The notes beneath the pieces were generated by a model. It searched no databases. It was not told where the DNA came from and saw nothing but the letters and a program-made list of their open reading frames with translations. 64,000 nucleotides of DNA from Lama glama. Taxonomy: Eukaryota. A program made the position numbers and the translations under genes. The stretch is from the NCBI GenBank assembly GCA_028534125.1, contig CM052816.1, forward strand, positions 85,252,001 through 85,316,000. Reading direction: 5' to 3'. Of the stretch, positions 51,240 through 64,000 are shown in pieces; the first letter of the stretch is position 1; each line of letters starts with the position of its first letter.

Positions 51240-52560
51240 AAAATTAATAGCCATATTTTTATAGCAGTTTTAGGTTTACAAAAACTGGGCAGATAGTACA
51301 GAGAGTGCCCAAATTCTCGCTTTCCCATTGCCCTCATAGTCCCCCTGTTATTAATAGCTTGCATCAGTACGGTACAGTTGCTGTAACTGACGAACCAATA
51401 TTGATATGCTACTATTGACTAAAGTTTGTCGTTTATATTAGGGGTCACTCTTTGTGTCATACATTCTACAGGTTTCGACAAAATATCATGTATCCACGGT
51501 TATATTTATCATATAGAAGAGATTGACTAGCCTAAAGTTCCCTTGTGCTCCGTCTATTCATTCATGCCTCCATCCCTCTCCCCAGACCTCTGGCAACTAC
51601 TTATTGTTTTGCTCTCCCGTGTTGCCTTTCCAGAATGTACTATAGTTGGAATAATACAATATATAGCCTTTTCAAACTGGCTTTTTTTCACTTAGCAGTA
51701 TGCACTTAAGGTTGCTCCATGCCTTTTGTGGCTTGATAGCTTGTTTCCCTCTATGGCTGAATAATATTCCATTGTATGAATAAATCACAGTTTACCCATT
51801 TATTCCTTGAAGGATAACTTGGTTATTTCCATTTTCTTAGAAATTATGAATAAGTTTGTTATAAATATTCATGTGAAAGTTTTTGTGTTAGATATGAGTA
51901 TTCAAGTTATTTAGGTAAGTATCTAGGATGTGAATGTTGGATCGTGTGATAAGACTATACTTACAAGCTGTCTTCCAGAATGAATGTAACTTTTTGAATT
52001 TCTGCCAGAAATGAAAGAGAATTCCTGCTGTTCCGTAAACTCACCAGCATGTGATGCTTTCAGTTCTTTGGAATTTTAGCTGTTGTGATAAGCATGTAGT
52101 GGTACTCACTGTTGTGTAATTTGCAGTCCCCTAGTGGCATACGGTGCTGATCATTTTTTCATATACTTATTTTCCATCTGTGTGTCTTCTTGATCAGGTG
52201 TCTAATCAAATCTTCTTCCTAGTTTATTAAGTAGGGTTTTTTTCTTAATTAATTTTGAGTTCCATGTATATTTTAGATACAGGTCCTAAGTAAGACATAT
52301 GCTTTTAAAATATTTTTCCCTAGTGTGTGGCTACTCTATTTATTCTCTTAATAATGTCTTTAGTGTGGCAGAATTTTTAAAAAGTGAAATCCAGCATCTT
52401 TTTTTTTTCCTTTTGTGGATTGTGTTTTTGATATTGTATCTAAAAACTCATCACTGAAGCCAATTTCTAAAATGTTTTATAGTATATTTTTAGTGCATTG
52501 CTTTGCATTTTATCCTTATATTGAAACATACCTTTTTTGTAAGATGCAAAGAGGATCTTT
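51240..52560 (-). mobile_element. L1MC-like 3' UTR and ORF2 end
   Basis: ttttatagcagttttaggtttaca..gatagtacagagag..gaaccaatattgat..ggtcactctttgtg..ttgcctttccagaatgt. Confidence 0.85.
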
Positions 52561-52599
52561 CTTCTCATTTTTTCTACCATTTTTGTCTCTCATTTGGAA

Positions 52600-53490
52600 T
52601 TTGTATTAGTGAGCTACTGCAGTCCACCCTAATGGTCACATATGTCCCCAGATATCCAACAAAGAATGGTCAGATGGGAAAAAGTAAACTGCAAACAGCA
52701 CCTCTATTCAAAAAAGGAAAGACTGTAAAACACATAGTCATCATTATGATTGGTGACTTAAGCAGTCACTTGTGTCCACTAGTGTCTCCAAGCTAGAAGT
52801 AGGAAATGTTCTGCTTCCTGGGAGTGGCTCCATAGCTCATCTTTCTCCATCAGACTTCCATCCATTTCCAAGGCACTTTTTCATTTTATCGTACTATTTT
52901 GTCATTTTTGAAGACAGTGTTGAAAAATATATACTGTTTGGCACTGGAGGAGTGTTCTCAATCTCTTTCTGGTAAATAGAAAGATGAGAGACTAAATGTC
53001 TTTTTGCATTTCATTGAGATTTTTTTCTTTTAATCAAGGTCAGTGACACTTTTCCCTCTAAAGCTCGCTTTCTCAAGAAAGCTGTGATATATTCTCTGTG
53101 TTCATTTGTTTTCTGTATTTCAAAGTCACACCCATGACTATTTTGAAGATATGTCTTTCTGTCGTAAAGTATAATTACAGGTAGATTGGACATATCAGAC
53201 TTCTCTCAGACCATGTCCCTAAGCTTTCTAGAAACATTTTATTTAATAAACAATCTACTAGCAACATCTTAATGATTTCAGAAGCTATAATGAAGGGAGT
53301 TACAGATACACTTTGCTGAAAAAAAAATAACCAACAATCTCACTGATATAGAACTTAAGTATTTGGTTTTTTGCTCATCCACCTGTCAGTTGGCTGAGGT
53401 TTGCCTGATGTGTGCTGGGCTTCATTGCTCTGGGTTTCCAAACTGGAGGTTTGCTTTAGGTCTAGTTCATATATCACTCATATTTCTCGA
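52600..53490 (-). mobile_element. Old MLT1 internal fragment plus partial LTR
   Basis: Resembles the MLT1-int at 7581-8533 (ctctattcaaaaaagga); LTR-like sequence at 53290-53490. Confidence 0.5.
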
Positions 53491-54328
53491 AACAGCATAC
53501 TGAACATGGGGGTGCATGTATCTTTTCAAATCAGTGTTTTCAGTTTTTCTGGATATATACCCAGCAGTGAATTTGCTGAGTCATATAGTAGCTCTATTTT
53601 CAGTTTTTTAAGAAACCTCCATAATGTTGTCCACAATGACTGTACCAATTTACATTCCCACCAACAGTGTTTCCACATCCTAGCCAACATTTGTTATTTG
53701 TGTTCGTTTTGATGATAGCCACTGTGATGAGTGTAAGGTGGCATCTCATTATGGTTTTGATTTGCATTTTCCTGATGGTTAGTGATATCGAACATCTTTT
53801 CATCTGCCTGTGTGCCATCTGCATTTCCTTTTTGGAAAAATGTCTATTCAGTTCTTCTGCCCATGTTTTTATTAGATTGTTTAGTTTTTTTTGATGTTGA
53901 GTTATATGAGCAGCTTGTATATGTTGGATATTAATTCCTTACCTGTCACATCATTTGCCAATATCTTTTCCAATTCAATAGGTTGCCTTTTAATTTTGCT
54001 GATGGTATCCATTGCTGTACAAAATCTTTTAAGTTTAATTAGGTCCCGTTTGCTTATTTTTGTTCTTATTTCCTTTACAGTAGGAGATGGATACCCTCCC
54101 AATATTGCTGCCATTTATGGCATAGAGTGTTCTGCCCCTGTTTTGCTCTAGGAGTTTTATAGTATCTGGTCTTACATTTAGGTCTTTGTCCATTTATTTT
54201 TGTATACGGTATTAGAGAGTGTTCTAATTTCATTCTTTTACATGCAGCTATTCAGTTTTCCCAGCACCACTTATTGAAGGACTGTCTTTTTTCCATTGTA
54301 TATTCTTGCCTCCTTTGTCTTAGATTGA
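53491..54328 (-). mobile_element. L1 ORF2 C-terminal fragment (moderately young)
   Basis: Minus ORFs MQMAHRQMKRCSISLTIRKMQIKTIMRCHLT and KISKRDLIKLKRFCTAMDTISKIKRQPIELEKILAND are L1 ORF2. Confidence 0.93.
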
Positions 54329-54414
54329 CAACAGTCTTTTAATACAAGAGTAATCATTCCCACCCAGCTCCTGGAATACCTAGCACAAGTTAACTTCCAA
54401 GAAGTTTGGATCTA

Positions 54415-54612
54415 TGCCAGTACCATACAGTCTGTGATGGCAGAAATGTACTTGTGAAGAGTCCAGTGTGGTAGCCACCAGCCACATCTGGCTATCGAGC
54501 ACATGGAATGTGTTTAGAATGACTAACTTAGTTTTATTTTTAATTTTAGTTAAATTACATTTAAATTTAAATAGCCACATGTAGATGGTGGCTACCATAC
54601 TGGACTTTGCAG
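54415..54612 (+). mobile_element. MER3 (hAT-Charlie MITE)
   Basis: Palindromic arms gtccagtgtggtagccacca / tggtggctaccatactggac (19/20) around an AT-rich core. Confidence 0.88.
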
Positions 54613-55052
54613 GTTCCATCTTCCTAATAAGGAAATTAAAGAATTAAGTTCCTCAAATGTGAGTCACACTCTGAAAAGAAAGGTAAATCTTCAAATCATA
54701 TCCACTAGAACAAAGAAAATAATTTAAAGATCTGTCAATATATTTTTTATTCAATAACATGCCCTTTACATTTTTATTTTGTCATCGTGCTATACTTTTT
54801 TATGTGAAAGAAAGCTAAGTAACCGATGGCACCATAGGCAGTTGAATCAGTAAATTTTAGATAAGAACAAATGGAAAATGACATAAGAAACTTTTTTTTG
54901 TAGCTCTGTGTATGTGTATTTTAAGGGAGAGCTTTAACCCAGGTTTTCAGAGAGTAAGAACATGTCCCCAAACACCCTTCCACCCTGTCCTCTCCACTGT
55001 GAGATCCTTATATAAATCTGCTGCAAAGGTGACCTGCAAAGCTATAACTTAC

Positions 55053-55277
55053 TGAAATGAGCCCACGGAGTCTTGCTCAGGATCTGGAGCCCACAATGAA
55101 AGATTATTGATGTTTTCAGCAGAGAAGCTGTCAATTAGATGTACAGTTCGCCATAACAGCTCCAGGGTATAAACTTGAACTCTTCTGTGAATTTACTGGA
55201 TCTGCTTTGCAGCCACAGGGCCAAGCATACAACTCTCCATTTGCTTCAGGGGATCCAGATGTTCACCTTATTTGGAT
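55053..55277 (-). other. Candidate non-coding exon
   Basis: Minus strand: tctcctttctcctttcccggcacag|ATCC...TTTCA|gtaagt; all three frames closed. Confidence 0.3.
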
Positions 55278-55559
55278 CTGTGCCGGGAAAGGAGAAAGGA
55301 GACTGTAATTTTGATGCTTTCTGGCCTTATAGCATTCTGGGGTTTTAGCCTAAATGCTTATTTTTGAAAGTATGTTAATTTTTTTCTGACTATAAAGTGA
55401 TACATGTTCAATGTGGCTAATTTAGAATGTATGAAAAAGAAGAACAAGATTACAGTTACTTGTAATTCTACAACATAGTGATAATGACTGTTATCATGTT
55501 TCCTCTAAGTTGAGAAAACTGCTATTTTCATTAACTTTGCTTTCCTATGTAAGGTTTTA

Positions 55560-55760
55560 AAAATATTTTCTCCACTCTGTCTCTTGCTCCTTCATTATCA
55601 TTCACACTTCTCAACTCATTGCCATCTGGTTTCCTTCCTGTCAATCCATTGTGGCTTTTGTTGCCAAGGTCACCAGTGTTTTTTTGTCAAGAATTTGAAT
55701 GGACACTATTCAGTCTTTATCTCACTTGAATTCTCTGCAGTATTTCCCAATCCTGCCTAG
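55560..55760 (+). mobile_element. L2 fragment
   Basis: tctcaactcattgccatctggtttcc..tgccaaggtcaccagtg..aatggacact..tctctgcagtattt. Confidence 0.7.
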
Positions 55761-56049
55761 ACACCTTGGAAAGTTTGTAAAAGCTGCTGAGTCAGACTGC
55801 TTCCAAGTTGTTGCTTAAGCTTTTGAGATTAAACCTAGTCAACTTTTTGTGCCAAGAAAGAATAAGAACTCCATCTATTTTGCCTTACATGCTAGTTTAC
55901 CTTGGAAATTTCCAAATGGGCAAGTATATTTACTCAGTTCTTATAAAGTAGCCATCTGCAGCATTGCTTTTTGCCCATTTCTCCCCTGTGGTTATCTAAT
56001 CTCCCAGAATACATCTTTCCAGAAAAAAAAATGTGACATGTCATCAACC

Positions 56050-56552
56050 ACAGCAACCCAAGAATGATATATAACTCAGATCAGTCTTCTTGAATTCCAG
56101 TCCTCCACAGTAGTGATTATTACAGGGTTGAACACATGTTCTCGCAGTGCCAGTCAGTGACATTTGTGGATGCTGAATGTAGATGTGAAAAATTTTAAGG
56201 ACTTAAAGCACAGGAGCAACTGATTTTTTTGAACATTCTTAGAAACTTGCTACAGATTGAAGCAAACACAGAAAAGAGAAAAGCAGAAACAAGAGAGAAA
56301 GCAATAGATACCTGATAATATAGTTTGAGCTCTGGAATCTAGCTAGCTCTTTGTCTTTTCACTCATATTGGTCAGTGAACTACTTTCCCTGCTTTCTTTC
56401 TTTTTTTTTTCCGTTTTCTCTCTTCCTTCCTTCCTTCTTTCCTTCCTTCCTTCTTTCCTTTCTTCCTTCTTTCCTCCTTCCTTTCTTTCTTTCTTTCCTC
56501 CTTTCTTTTCTTTCCTCCTTTCTTTTCTTTCTCTCCTTTCTTTTCTTTCTTT

Positions 56553-56604
<52 letters not shown>

Positions 56605-56683
56605 TCCTTCTTTCTTTTTTCTTTCTTTCCTTCTTTCCTTCCTTCCTTCCTTGCTTCCTTCCTTCTGTCCTTCTGTCACATTC

Positions 56684-56729
<46 letters not shown>

Positions 56730-56800
56730 GTCTAACTTTTTTCTATCTAATCAAGGTGGTAAAGCAAAAGTACTTGGACTGACAGCTCCTGAACACTGCT
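56050..56800 (+). mobile_element. Old MLT1 (J/K-like) LTR remnant interrupted by a microsatellite
   Basis: gtgattattacagggttgaacacatg..gaagcaaacacagaaaagaga..gtttgagctctggaatctagc. Confidence 0.5.
56392..56731. repeat. Compound microsatellite (TTCC/TTTC)n plus (TATC)n
   Basis: Direct; explains the three low-complexity ORFs at 56351-56805. Confidence 0.97.
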
Positions 56801-57009
56801 CCTAAACCCTTTGTATAACTTCAAAATGAAAAAAAACCCATCTTTCTTCTTTTGCGACATTTCCTCTATCCAATCTGGAAACCTTTAGCCATAATGAAAA
56901 AAATCATATTTATTTTGTATTTCTTTATTAATTTCTCTGATGTCTCTTCCCTTTTCTGAAAACTGGCTGTTACTTTGAAGACCTGCAGCTGTCCCAATCT
57001 GCTTGCTTT

Positions 57010-57160
57010 GGCCAACATTGGAGCCATCAGGTTGGCTTGCTAAAACCCAGATTGCTGGCTTCCACCCCAGGGTTTCTATTTCTTCTAGTAAGAAGCCTAA
57101 GAATTTGCATTTCTAAAAAAGTCTTGATGCTGCTGATCTAGAATCACAGTTTTCACCTGT
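57010..57160. mobile_element. MER5A (hAT-Charlie)
   Basis: cagattgctggcttccaccccagggtttc..gcctaagaatttgcatttctaa..tgatgctgctgatc. Confidence 0.75.
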
Positions 57161-57690
57161 TATTAGGATATAGTGATGCCCTCCAAGTTCCTTAAATGCC
57201 AGATCAGAAACTAGAAGTCTAAGTCAGACTTTATGTGTGAAGTTTTACCAACAACCTTCTCTTTTCTGAGGGTATACTAATGAAATTACCACAAATATGG
57301 ACAAACTTTAGGAATAACAATAGCGCTTATAAAACTAATAAAAAGGTAATAAAATTTGAACATAAAAAAGTTAAACAAAATCACATTTATATTGAATCAA
57401 AAGTAATAAGGCAATCACAATTAAATTTTGGCAGCTATTTGAAAATGTATTCATATATTAATAGCACATTGATGTGATTAAACTACTATGATTAAACTGT
57501 ATGAGGAAAATCATAATAAAAAAGCAACAAATACAATTACACAAAAATATATACCTGTAAAAATAACATTTAAAGTGCTAATAGTTCTTTGGGTTTTGTG
57601 ATTAGATTTTTTTAATGCAAAATCTTTAAACAATATCCACATTTTCTATACTGAGCCTGTTGCTGTTATGATAAAGATTATTTCTTTATA

Positions 57691-58271
57691 TGTTGGGAAA
57701 GAATTAATATAGTAGGTATAATTGCTTGCTCCTTGCCCATCTCCAGGGAGTCTGGAATTATGATTGATCCTTGGCCATCTCTTGGGAATGTGCCTCTCAG
57801 AAGCCTCTCGATGTTAATCATTGAGGATTTTGTTGTTTACGTGTAGAGTAATGGACTATGCTGCACCAGTTTGTCAGGCTTCCTTGGCAAAAGCCTCAAG
57901 ATTGATGATTTGCACTTTCTTTGGTTTTGGGGGATCTTGACTTTTCATTGTCATGGCTGAGGCTATAATAGGATGTACCTATGTGACCTTCCCTGCATAA
58001 ATTCCCAGATTCTAGACTTAAATAATTTCAATGGACAGAGAAATTCCACATACATTCCTGTATAAAAAGAAAGTAGCCCTAGATGAAGAACTTGGACACC
58101 TGTGTCTTTTCTTTCTGGACTCCATCCAATGTACATTTGTTTTCTGCTGCTTTTATTTTGTATTTGTTGCTGTAATTAAACTTAGTCATGGATATAACTT
58201 GCTATTTCTGGAGTCTCTTGTGTCCTTGCAGTGAATCATCAAATTTGAAATTGTCACTCAACCTCCAAACA
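57691..58271 (+). mobile_element. ERV-L solo LTR (MER21/MER68/MER77 group)
   Basis: tg...ca termini; cctatgtgacc, tgctgtaattaaacttagtcatg, gagtctcttgtgtccttgcagtgaatcatcaaa motifs. Confidence 0.7.
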
Positions 58272-58689
58272 ATGTCTGTATATGTTTGTATGAATGTGTA
58301 TATGTGTGCATATGTGTATGTGTGATGTGTATACAGCAAATGATTACCCAATAATTTATTCTGTTTCTGTCACAAGAAAATTTAATGCTTTATTAGAAAT
58401 ATGAATGATCAGGTACACAAATTATTAAACAATTTAAACAGTCACACCTGTAAGTTTCCTGAAAATTTTCATTCATTTATGCATAAATTTGTTAATTTAT
58501 TTGACAAATATTCTTTGGCAAATAAATATACTGTATGCTATGTGCTTGGTATATAATAAAGAATGAAATAGTCCTACTTTCACTTTTACAGTTCTTATTG
58601 TCAAAAAAAATAGAAGACATACATAGAACACTGCAATGCAGAGTTAAAAGTTACATCAGTAAGGGAAATCAGTATCTTCATTATTGTTA

Positions 58690-58930
58690 GTGCTATTTTA
58701 TATTTGTTGAGCAGTTATTCTGCACCAACCAATATTCTAAGCATTACTATATTGTATTTCATTAGTTATATAAATTTCTATGATATATCCCTAATTACAA
58801 TTCAAATTTTGCAGAGGCAGAACTGAGTCACTGAAAGACTGAGTGATTTGTAAAACATCACAAGGTCGGTACTGGGTACTGCAGTTTGAACCCAGACAGC
58901 CTATTCTGATTCCAGAAACCCTACTCTTCA
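58690..58930 (-). mobile_element. MIR
   Basis: attttgcagaggcagaactgagtcactga..gtgatttg..cagtttgaacccagacagcct. Confidence 0.75.
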
Positions 58931-59039
58931 GTACATCAATACCACAAGTTGTTTCAGAAATACAGTTTTCAAGCCTTTTGAAAGGACTAGTTGAAAAAGA
59001 CATCAGAGATAAAAGTAACCTATACATTTGCAAAAACCC

Positions 59040-60330
59040 AAAATATTAGTAGAGCAAATTTTGCAAAGGGCATTGGGGTTTATGGGAAGGAAGAGGGTAA
59101 GCTTTTTAGACAGAGGGAATGGCATGTACAAAGCCCCAGCTCTGAAAGCCAGGGTGGCTTCAGGGACATATTCTTTGAGGCTCTGTGTTAATTGGGTTTT
59201 AATGATCTGTGATTGCCATCTTGAAATGTGTAATACTTTTATCTTTGAATTTATGTTTTAAGAGAAGTCTTACGTGTCAATAGAGCATGTGCACTGAACT
59301 CCCACTGGCCTCCAGTCTCCTTGGAAAGGTTCTGTAGCGGCTCCCCTATCCCTAGAGGCCCAGGCATCCCACTTGGGTTCACTTTCATGGCCCTAATCCA
59401 GTGAACTCTGCCGCACTTAGTCTTTGGTAGGGAATCTGGGCAAGGGTGCAGGGAGAGTCAGAGTTGGTAAGTCCCCTACAACCTTGCGGAAGAGCAGGAT
59501 GCACCTCCGTCACGGGCTAGCAGTGCCACACACTTTCCCAGGGCTACTCGGTGGGTGTCAGCCTGTTGCCCACCGCTGATTCAGCTTCATGTCCTGATGT
59601 GGAGTTTCCAGTCTGCAATTTGATGTTAAATAGCAAATGAAAAACACCATGTTGGGTTAAGAGTGAGGGCCCAGAAGAAAGGAAAAACTTTTATATCTTA
59701 ATATCATAAATGGCACTGTTTACTGGCTTTTTGAACAAGGGTACTGGCACTCATTCATTTTGCACTGAGCTCCTGAAATTATGTTGCAGCCCCATATAGA
59801 GAGTCCAAGGTAGGCTATGCTTTAATAACCAAAGGATTTCAGAATGAGTGTATCAGATGGTCTTCAATAATGTGACTAATTCAGGAGAGAAGAAGAGAGA
59901 ACAGATTAGATCATACAAGAAGTTATAGTCTAAGAGCAATGAAGAGTGAGTGAGACATTTCAGATATAAGAATCTGGTGAAAAGTATTTGTGAAACACAT
60001 GGCTAATTCTCATTTATATTCTTGAGATGGATTTTATGGAATCAAGGAAGAATCAGAAAGCCTTATTAGGATACCATTACTCTAATTTAGATTGTAGATT
60101 TATTTAATTTAGATTGTAGAAGATAAGGGCATGTTACAAGGTCAAAAAACATAATTTTGGATTCTTACTTTGGATGTAAATATATGGAGGGTCATTTACT
60201 AAAAATGCGTCAAAATCTTACTTAGAGATAATAGTCTTAAAATTAATTAACATAAAAGTAATTATTTAATTGTGGGAATAAATTAGATGACCTGGGGAGT
60301 GTGTCTTATTTGAGAAAGATAGGAATGATT
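59040..60330 (-). mobile_element. L2 fragment hosting MER45
   Basis: agacagagggaatggcatgtacaaagcccc and downstream purine-rich L2 motifs. Confidence 0.55.
59150..59794. mobile_element. MER45B/C-like hAT-Tip100 element
   Basis: Ends cagggtggcttca..tgccatcttgaaat and tttttgaacaagggg..ttcattttgcactgagc..aaattatgt match MER45 termini. Confidence 0.8.
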
Positions 60331-60349
60331 GAGTCATTACCTCTAACAC

Positions 60350-60552
60350 TATGCCATACGTTACATTTATTACTAGTCACAGATGTATTTTTAATTAATT
60401 AAGATTAATTAAATTTAAAAATCACTTCATCAGATGCACTAGCCACATCTTGCGTGGTCAGTAGTCATATTTGACTATCGGCCACTGTATTGGAAAGCAC
60501 AGATTAGCGAACATTTCTTTTATTACCCAACAGTCAAATGGACAGCACTGCC
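60350..60552 (-). mobile_element. MER3 (hAT-Charlie MITE)
   Basis: gcactagccacat..gccactgtattggaaagcacagat..gaacattt..tggacagcactg. Confidence 0.8.
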
Positions 60553-61755
60553 TAAGTCTCCTGGTTTTCAGGGATAGACAAAGGGGTAGCACTTATCATA
60601 CAAGACTGAGGATCAGTAGCAAGAAAAAGAGAAGGAAAACAGAAAGAAATGATGAGAAACAAGAGAGAAAGAGGGTTTTTCAGGGGGAGAATGGTCAACC
60701 ACATCACAGGCTAAGGGCGATTCAAACAGCATTTCATCAGAATTAACATAGTCCTTTCTCAATCCCAAAACGTTCAACTGGTTTTATTATTGACTTTTAA
60801 AATCAAGCATACTAACTGGCTCGAAGAGGCTTATTTAAGCAAGTGAAATTTAAAAGTTATGTGTATATATATATGTATTTGAATATTTCATATATGCACA
60901 TATACACATATTCTGAAAATTTTGCAAACGTTTGCTTCCTCACAAGTTTTTCTACAGTCAGTAACCTCTAGTACTATACAGTGCACTTCAAAGAGGTGTG
61001 AAGGGCGTGATATAAACAATTTATGTTTAAGTACTGAACCAACAAATTTTCAGGCTGTTTTGTCCCTCTAAGCAGATTAAGATCTATGGACACAGGACCA
61101 TTTCCAGAAAAAGTTAAGGGCCATTAATATTTCTAAATAGAAATAATACTGTTATCACAGTAAGAGGAGAGTAAGCCTTCCTTCCAAAACACACATTTCT
61201 TTTCTGTACTTTAAAAACATTGCTGCAGTGGAAGCTGCATTTCTCACCTCTTAGTCTTCAAAATATTGGTTTGTAGAAAATAGTTTTGAGAGGCACTAAA
61301 GTATATTCCACTTGCTTTTATTTTAAGCTGAGAGTCCTTGAAAATGTTTTATATACCTCTTGTTACACATAATCATTTTATTTCTAGAGACTTTTGTTCC
61401 TGTTTTATTATGTTGCTAGTATTTTATTTCCATATAGGCTTCACACATTTCTTCTTTCGATATATAATATTGAATAACTCCTTTCTTTAATATTTGATAT
61501 AGAATTAGCTTCATAGCTGCCTGCGAATGCCAAATTCTCTTGACATTCACCTACCCTCTCCATTTCCTTCCTCTCTCCTTTTTTGGCTTAAAGGTCTATT
61601 TATGTGAGTAAAATATTTTCACATTGCTAAAATGATAACTTTCTGGGAGAGAACTAAATGTGTAGAAATAAAATAAGCCAAGGAAAAAAAAGAGATAGCA
61701 TATTAATAAAATATACATACCTGGAAGCAAAGAGGCAGATATTTTGAGTGTGTTT

Positions 61756-61802
61756 ACACCCACACACACACACACACACATACATACACTTATATACACA
61801 CA
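61756..61802. repeat. (CA)n microsatellite, imperfect
   Basis: Direct. Confidence 0.88.
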
Positions 61803-62699
61803 TAACCAGTGCATTTAAAAACAACACAAAGGAAGATTTGGAATAGTACTGAAACATTTCATTGGAAGTATAATAATCATAGAAGTTCTTGAAGACAAAG
61901 AAAATGCAATTAGAGTTGTGAAAACTGATGTAGGATTTATGAAGCATAATTATAATTTACTACATTGTGTATTTATGTGATACTTATTAAAACAATTTAC
62001 AAGTTCTAGAAGTAAATGAACTTACATTTAGCATGACAGTGAAATATTAAAATTAATGAAATTATAAGATCATTTGAGAAAAATCATTTTGGAATTGAAA
62101 TGACAAATAAAAAGTGAAAGCTAAGAAAATTATATGTGTAATCTACCATGTTTATTTGACTTTGAAAAAGCTGCTTAACTTAGTCAACATTATAAATTCT
62201 ATTAAAACATTTAATTTGTTTGTTTATGTACATGATTTTTTAAAGTGGAAATTATAACCTTTCTAAAATATGAGCTTTATGATGAAAAATGGCAACCATA
62301 GAATGAAATCATCAAAATATTTATATGAGTCTATACTTGATTATTTTTCTTAATAGATTTTTCCCTTATTGGTATGGTGGAAGAAGCAAATACTTATTGT
62401 GCTAAAACATGTCTTTTAATGCAGCATTACCTTTGAATGTATTTATCTAAAACAGAAATATTCTTTGCACAATATTATGCATAAATTAGCAACAGATAAA
62501 AGCTAATAGATAATGATTTTTAAAATTAGCCTTTAATATTTATCTTGTGAAAATTATTCAGATGAAAATAATATCTTCTAAGAAAATCTCCTTTTGTGTG
62601 GTGTGCAACCTTTAGTATACACTGTGTTGCATATTGCCATGCACCCTCGAATTACAGTTAGGCTCGAATCTTCTTGCTGAATTTTTACATGTGTCTTTG

Positions 62700-62830
62700 G
62701 GAAAGGTTGGGCCTTTGCCTTGCTTTTATCATTTGTAAAATGGAGATAATGATGCATCACCTGCAGGGTCATTACAAAAATACTAAGTAATAATACACTT
62801 AAAATACCTAGTGCTAAATATTGTACTAAT
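62700..62830 (+). mobile_element. MIR fragment
   Basis: tcatttgtaaaatggagataat..cctgcagggtc..aagtaataatacacttaaaatacctag. Confidence 0.7.
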
Positions 62831-64000
62831 TATCTGCATGTTATTTCTCTTTAAGTTTATTCAAAACACATGCCAATAAGTGGGTAGGGTTTGACATTTA
62901 GGAATTATTAGGCAGGCGTTTTTTCCTAAGTCAAGTATATTTTTGCATTGCTTACTATACTTAATAACAAAGATGTCTGTATACAGTAAAATGAAACTGT
63001 CTATAATATAAATGAAAGACATTGGCAAAGTAACCGTGAAGACAGAAAATGCTTACACAAGATGGAGATTATGTTACTATTGCGAACCTTTTAAAATATT
63101 TATATGATATAATCAACAAATAAGTTTAACCATATTTAACATGCTGTTTATTCCTGAGGAGTCACCTTTTTTTTTTCTTCAAACTGGGGAGAAAAAAGAT
63201 ACTAAACAGAATCTCACTGAGATCTGATTTCCCAGACTGAAATTTGGATCTGAATGAACCAAGTTTCCTCTGGCTGTCCTTTTGAAAGGACTGTTCATTG
63301 TCATTTTATATTCATGAAGCAATCCAATTTAATACTGAAAAAGGAAATCTAAATTCTCAAAGGTACAAGAAAGCAGATTGTTGATGAGGTTATTTGTGTA
63401 TGAAACACAGAATAATTTTTCTACAAAACAGAAATATCCTCAAAGTCTTTCAGTACTTAAAGTAACTTTTTATTCTTGGTATTATTTGAATAACACACAC
63501 ATAAGCAGAAACTAAAGAAAAATCATTAATTACTATATAATTATCAGATGTTCTCTTTTTTTAATGATTAAATGAAGAATCCATTAATTTTCAATATCCC
63601 TGGATGGCAATGCTTCATTGAGTACATGCACACTTTTGCATATTTGTGTGACCTATAATTTCTGTGAAGCATCAATATGAATTCCCAAGTTAATCATTTA
63701 TTTCTTAGTCTGTGTCATAAAGGATTTATATTCTCCAAGCACTGTAACATTTTAAGTAGGTGTGTTTAGCAAAAAGAGACAATTATCTTGATCACCCTTT
63801 TTATACTGTAACTTTAATAATTTGTTACTATTGTATTTTCTATAATGGTTAAAGAGATTATTAGATATAAAATTAGTGTCCAAAAGTGATGTAAAAAAGG
63901 TGATGGAAATATTTGTATGAAAAATCAAAGAAAACTCCTTATGTTTGGATATACAATAAATTGTAATGAAAATATTCAAGATGTAAAAATAAGAATATAC

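Noticed and set aside
54461..54606. Long hairpin as a possible pre-miRNA
   Set aside because: Fully explained by the palindromic MER3 MITE.
56351..56805. 143-145 aa F/L/S-rich and K/E/R-rich ORFs
   Set aside because: These are translations of the microsatellite.
60083..60120. 16-bp direct repeat taatttagattgtaga (period 22)
   Set aside because: Small slippage duplication within an L2; not an array.
1..64000. CRISPR arrays, operons, tRNA/rRNA genes, CpG-island promoter
   Set aside because: None seen. The DNA is CpG-depleted mammalian sequence with no regularly spaced repeat-spacer structure.

Overview
AT-rich eutherian mammalian genomic DNA, intergenic or deep intronic. The young L1 3' ends look camelid-like (cetartiodactyl), and I saw no Alu, Bov-tA, PRE-1 or Can-SINE; this taxon call is inference from remembered consensus sequences. 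No protein-coding gene is recognisable. The ORF track is almost entirely spurious or made of transposon fragments (L1 ORF2, ERV-L pol). Much of the window is interspersed repeat: L1 of several ages, L2, MIR, MaLR/ERV-L LTRs, three decayed class III ERV internal regions, hAT MITEs and microsatellites. Most notable: (i) a chimeric LTR element with an MLT2 LTR joined at the PBS to an MLT1 internal region and LTR; (ii) a ~220-bp non-L1 insert in an old L1 ORF2, with a diverged twin 2.37 kb downstream; (iii) a CpG-retaining run of four adjacent hairpins at ~3.05-3.22 kb; (iv) a ~10-kb nested ERV cluster containing a twin-primed L1; (v) several unassigned candidate exons on both strands. I see no convincing novel multi-gene system. 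Repeat subfamily names and most boundaries are approximate and need RepeatMasker/Dfam confirmation.
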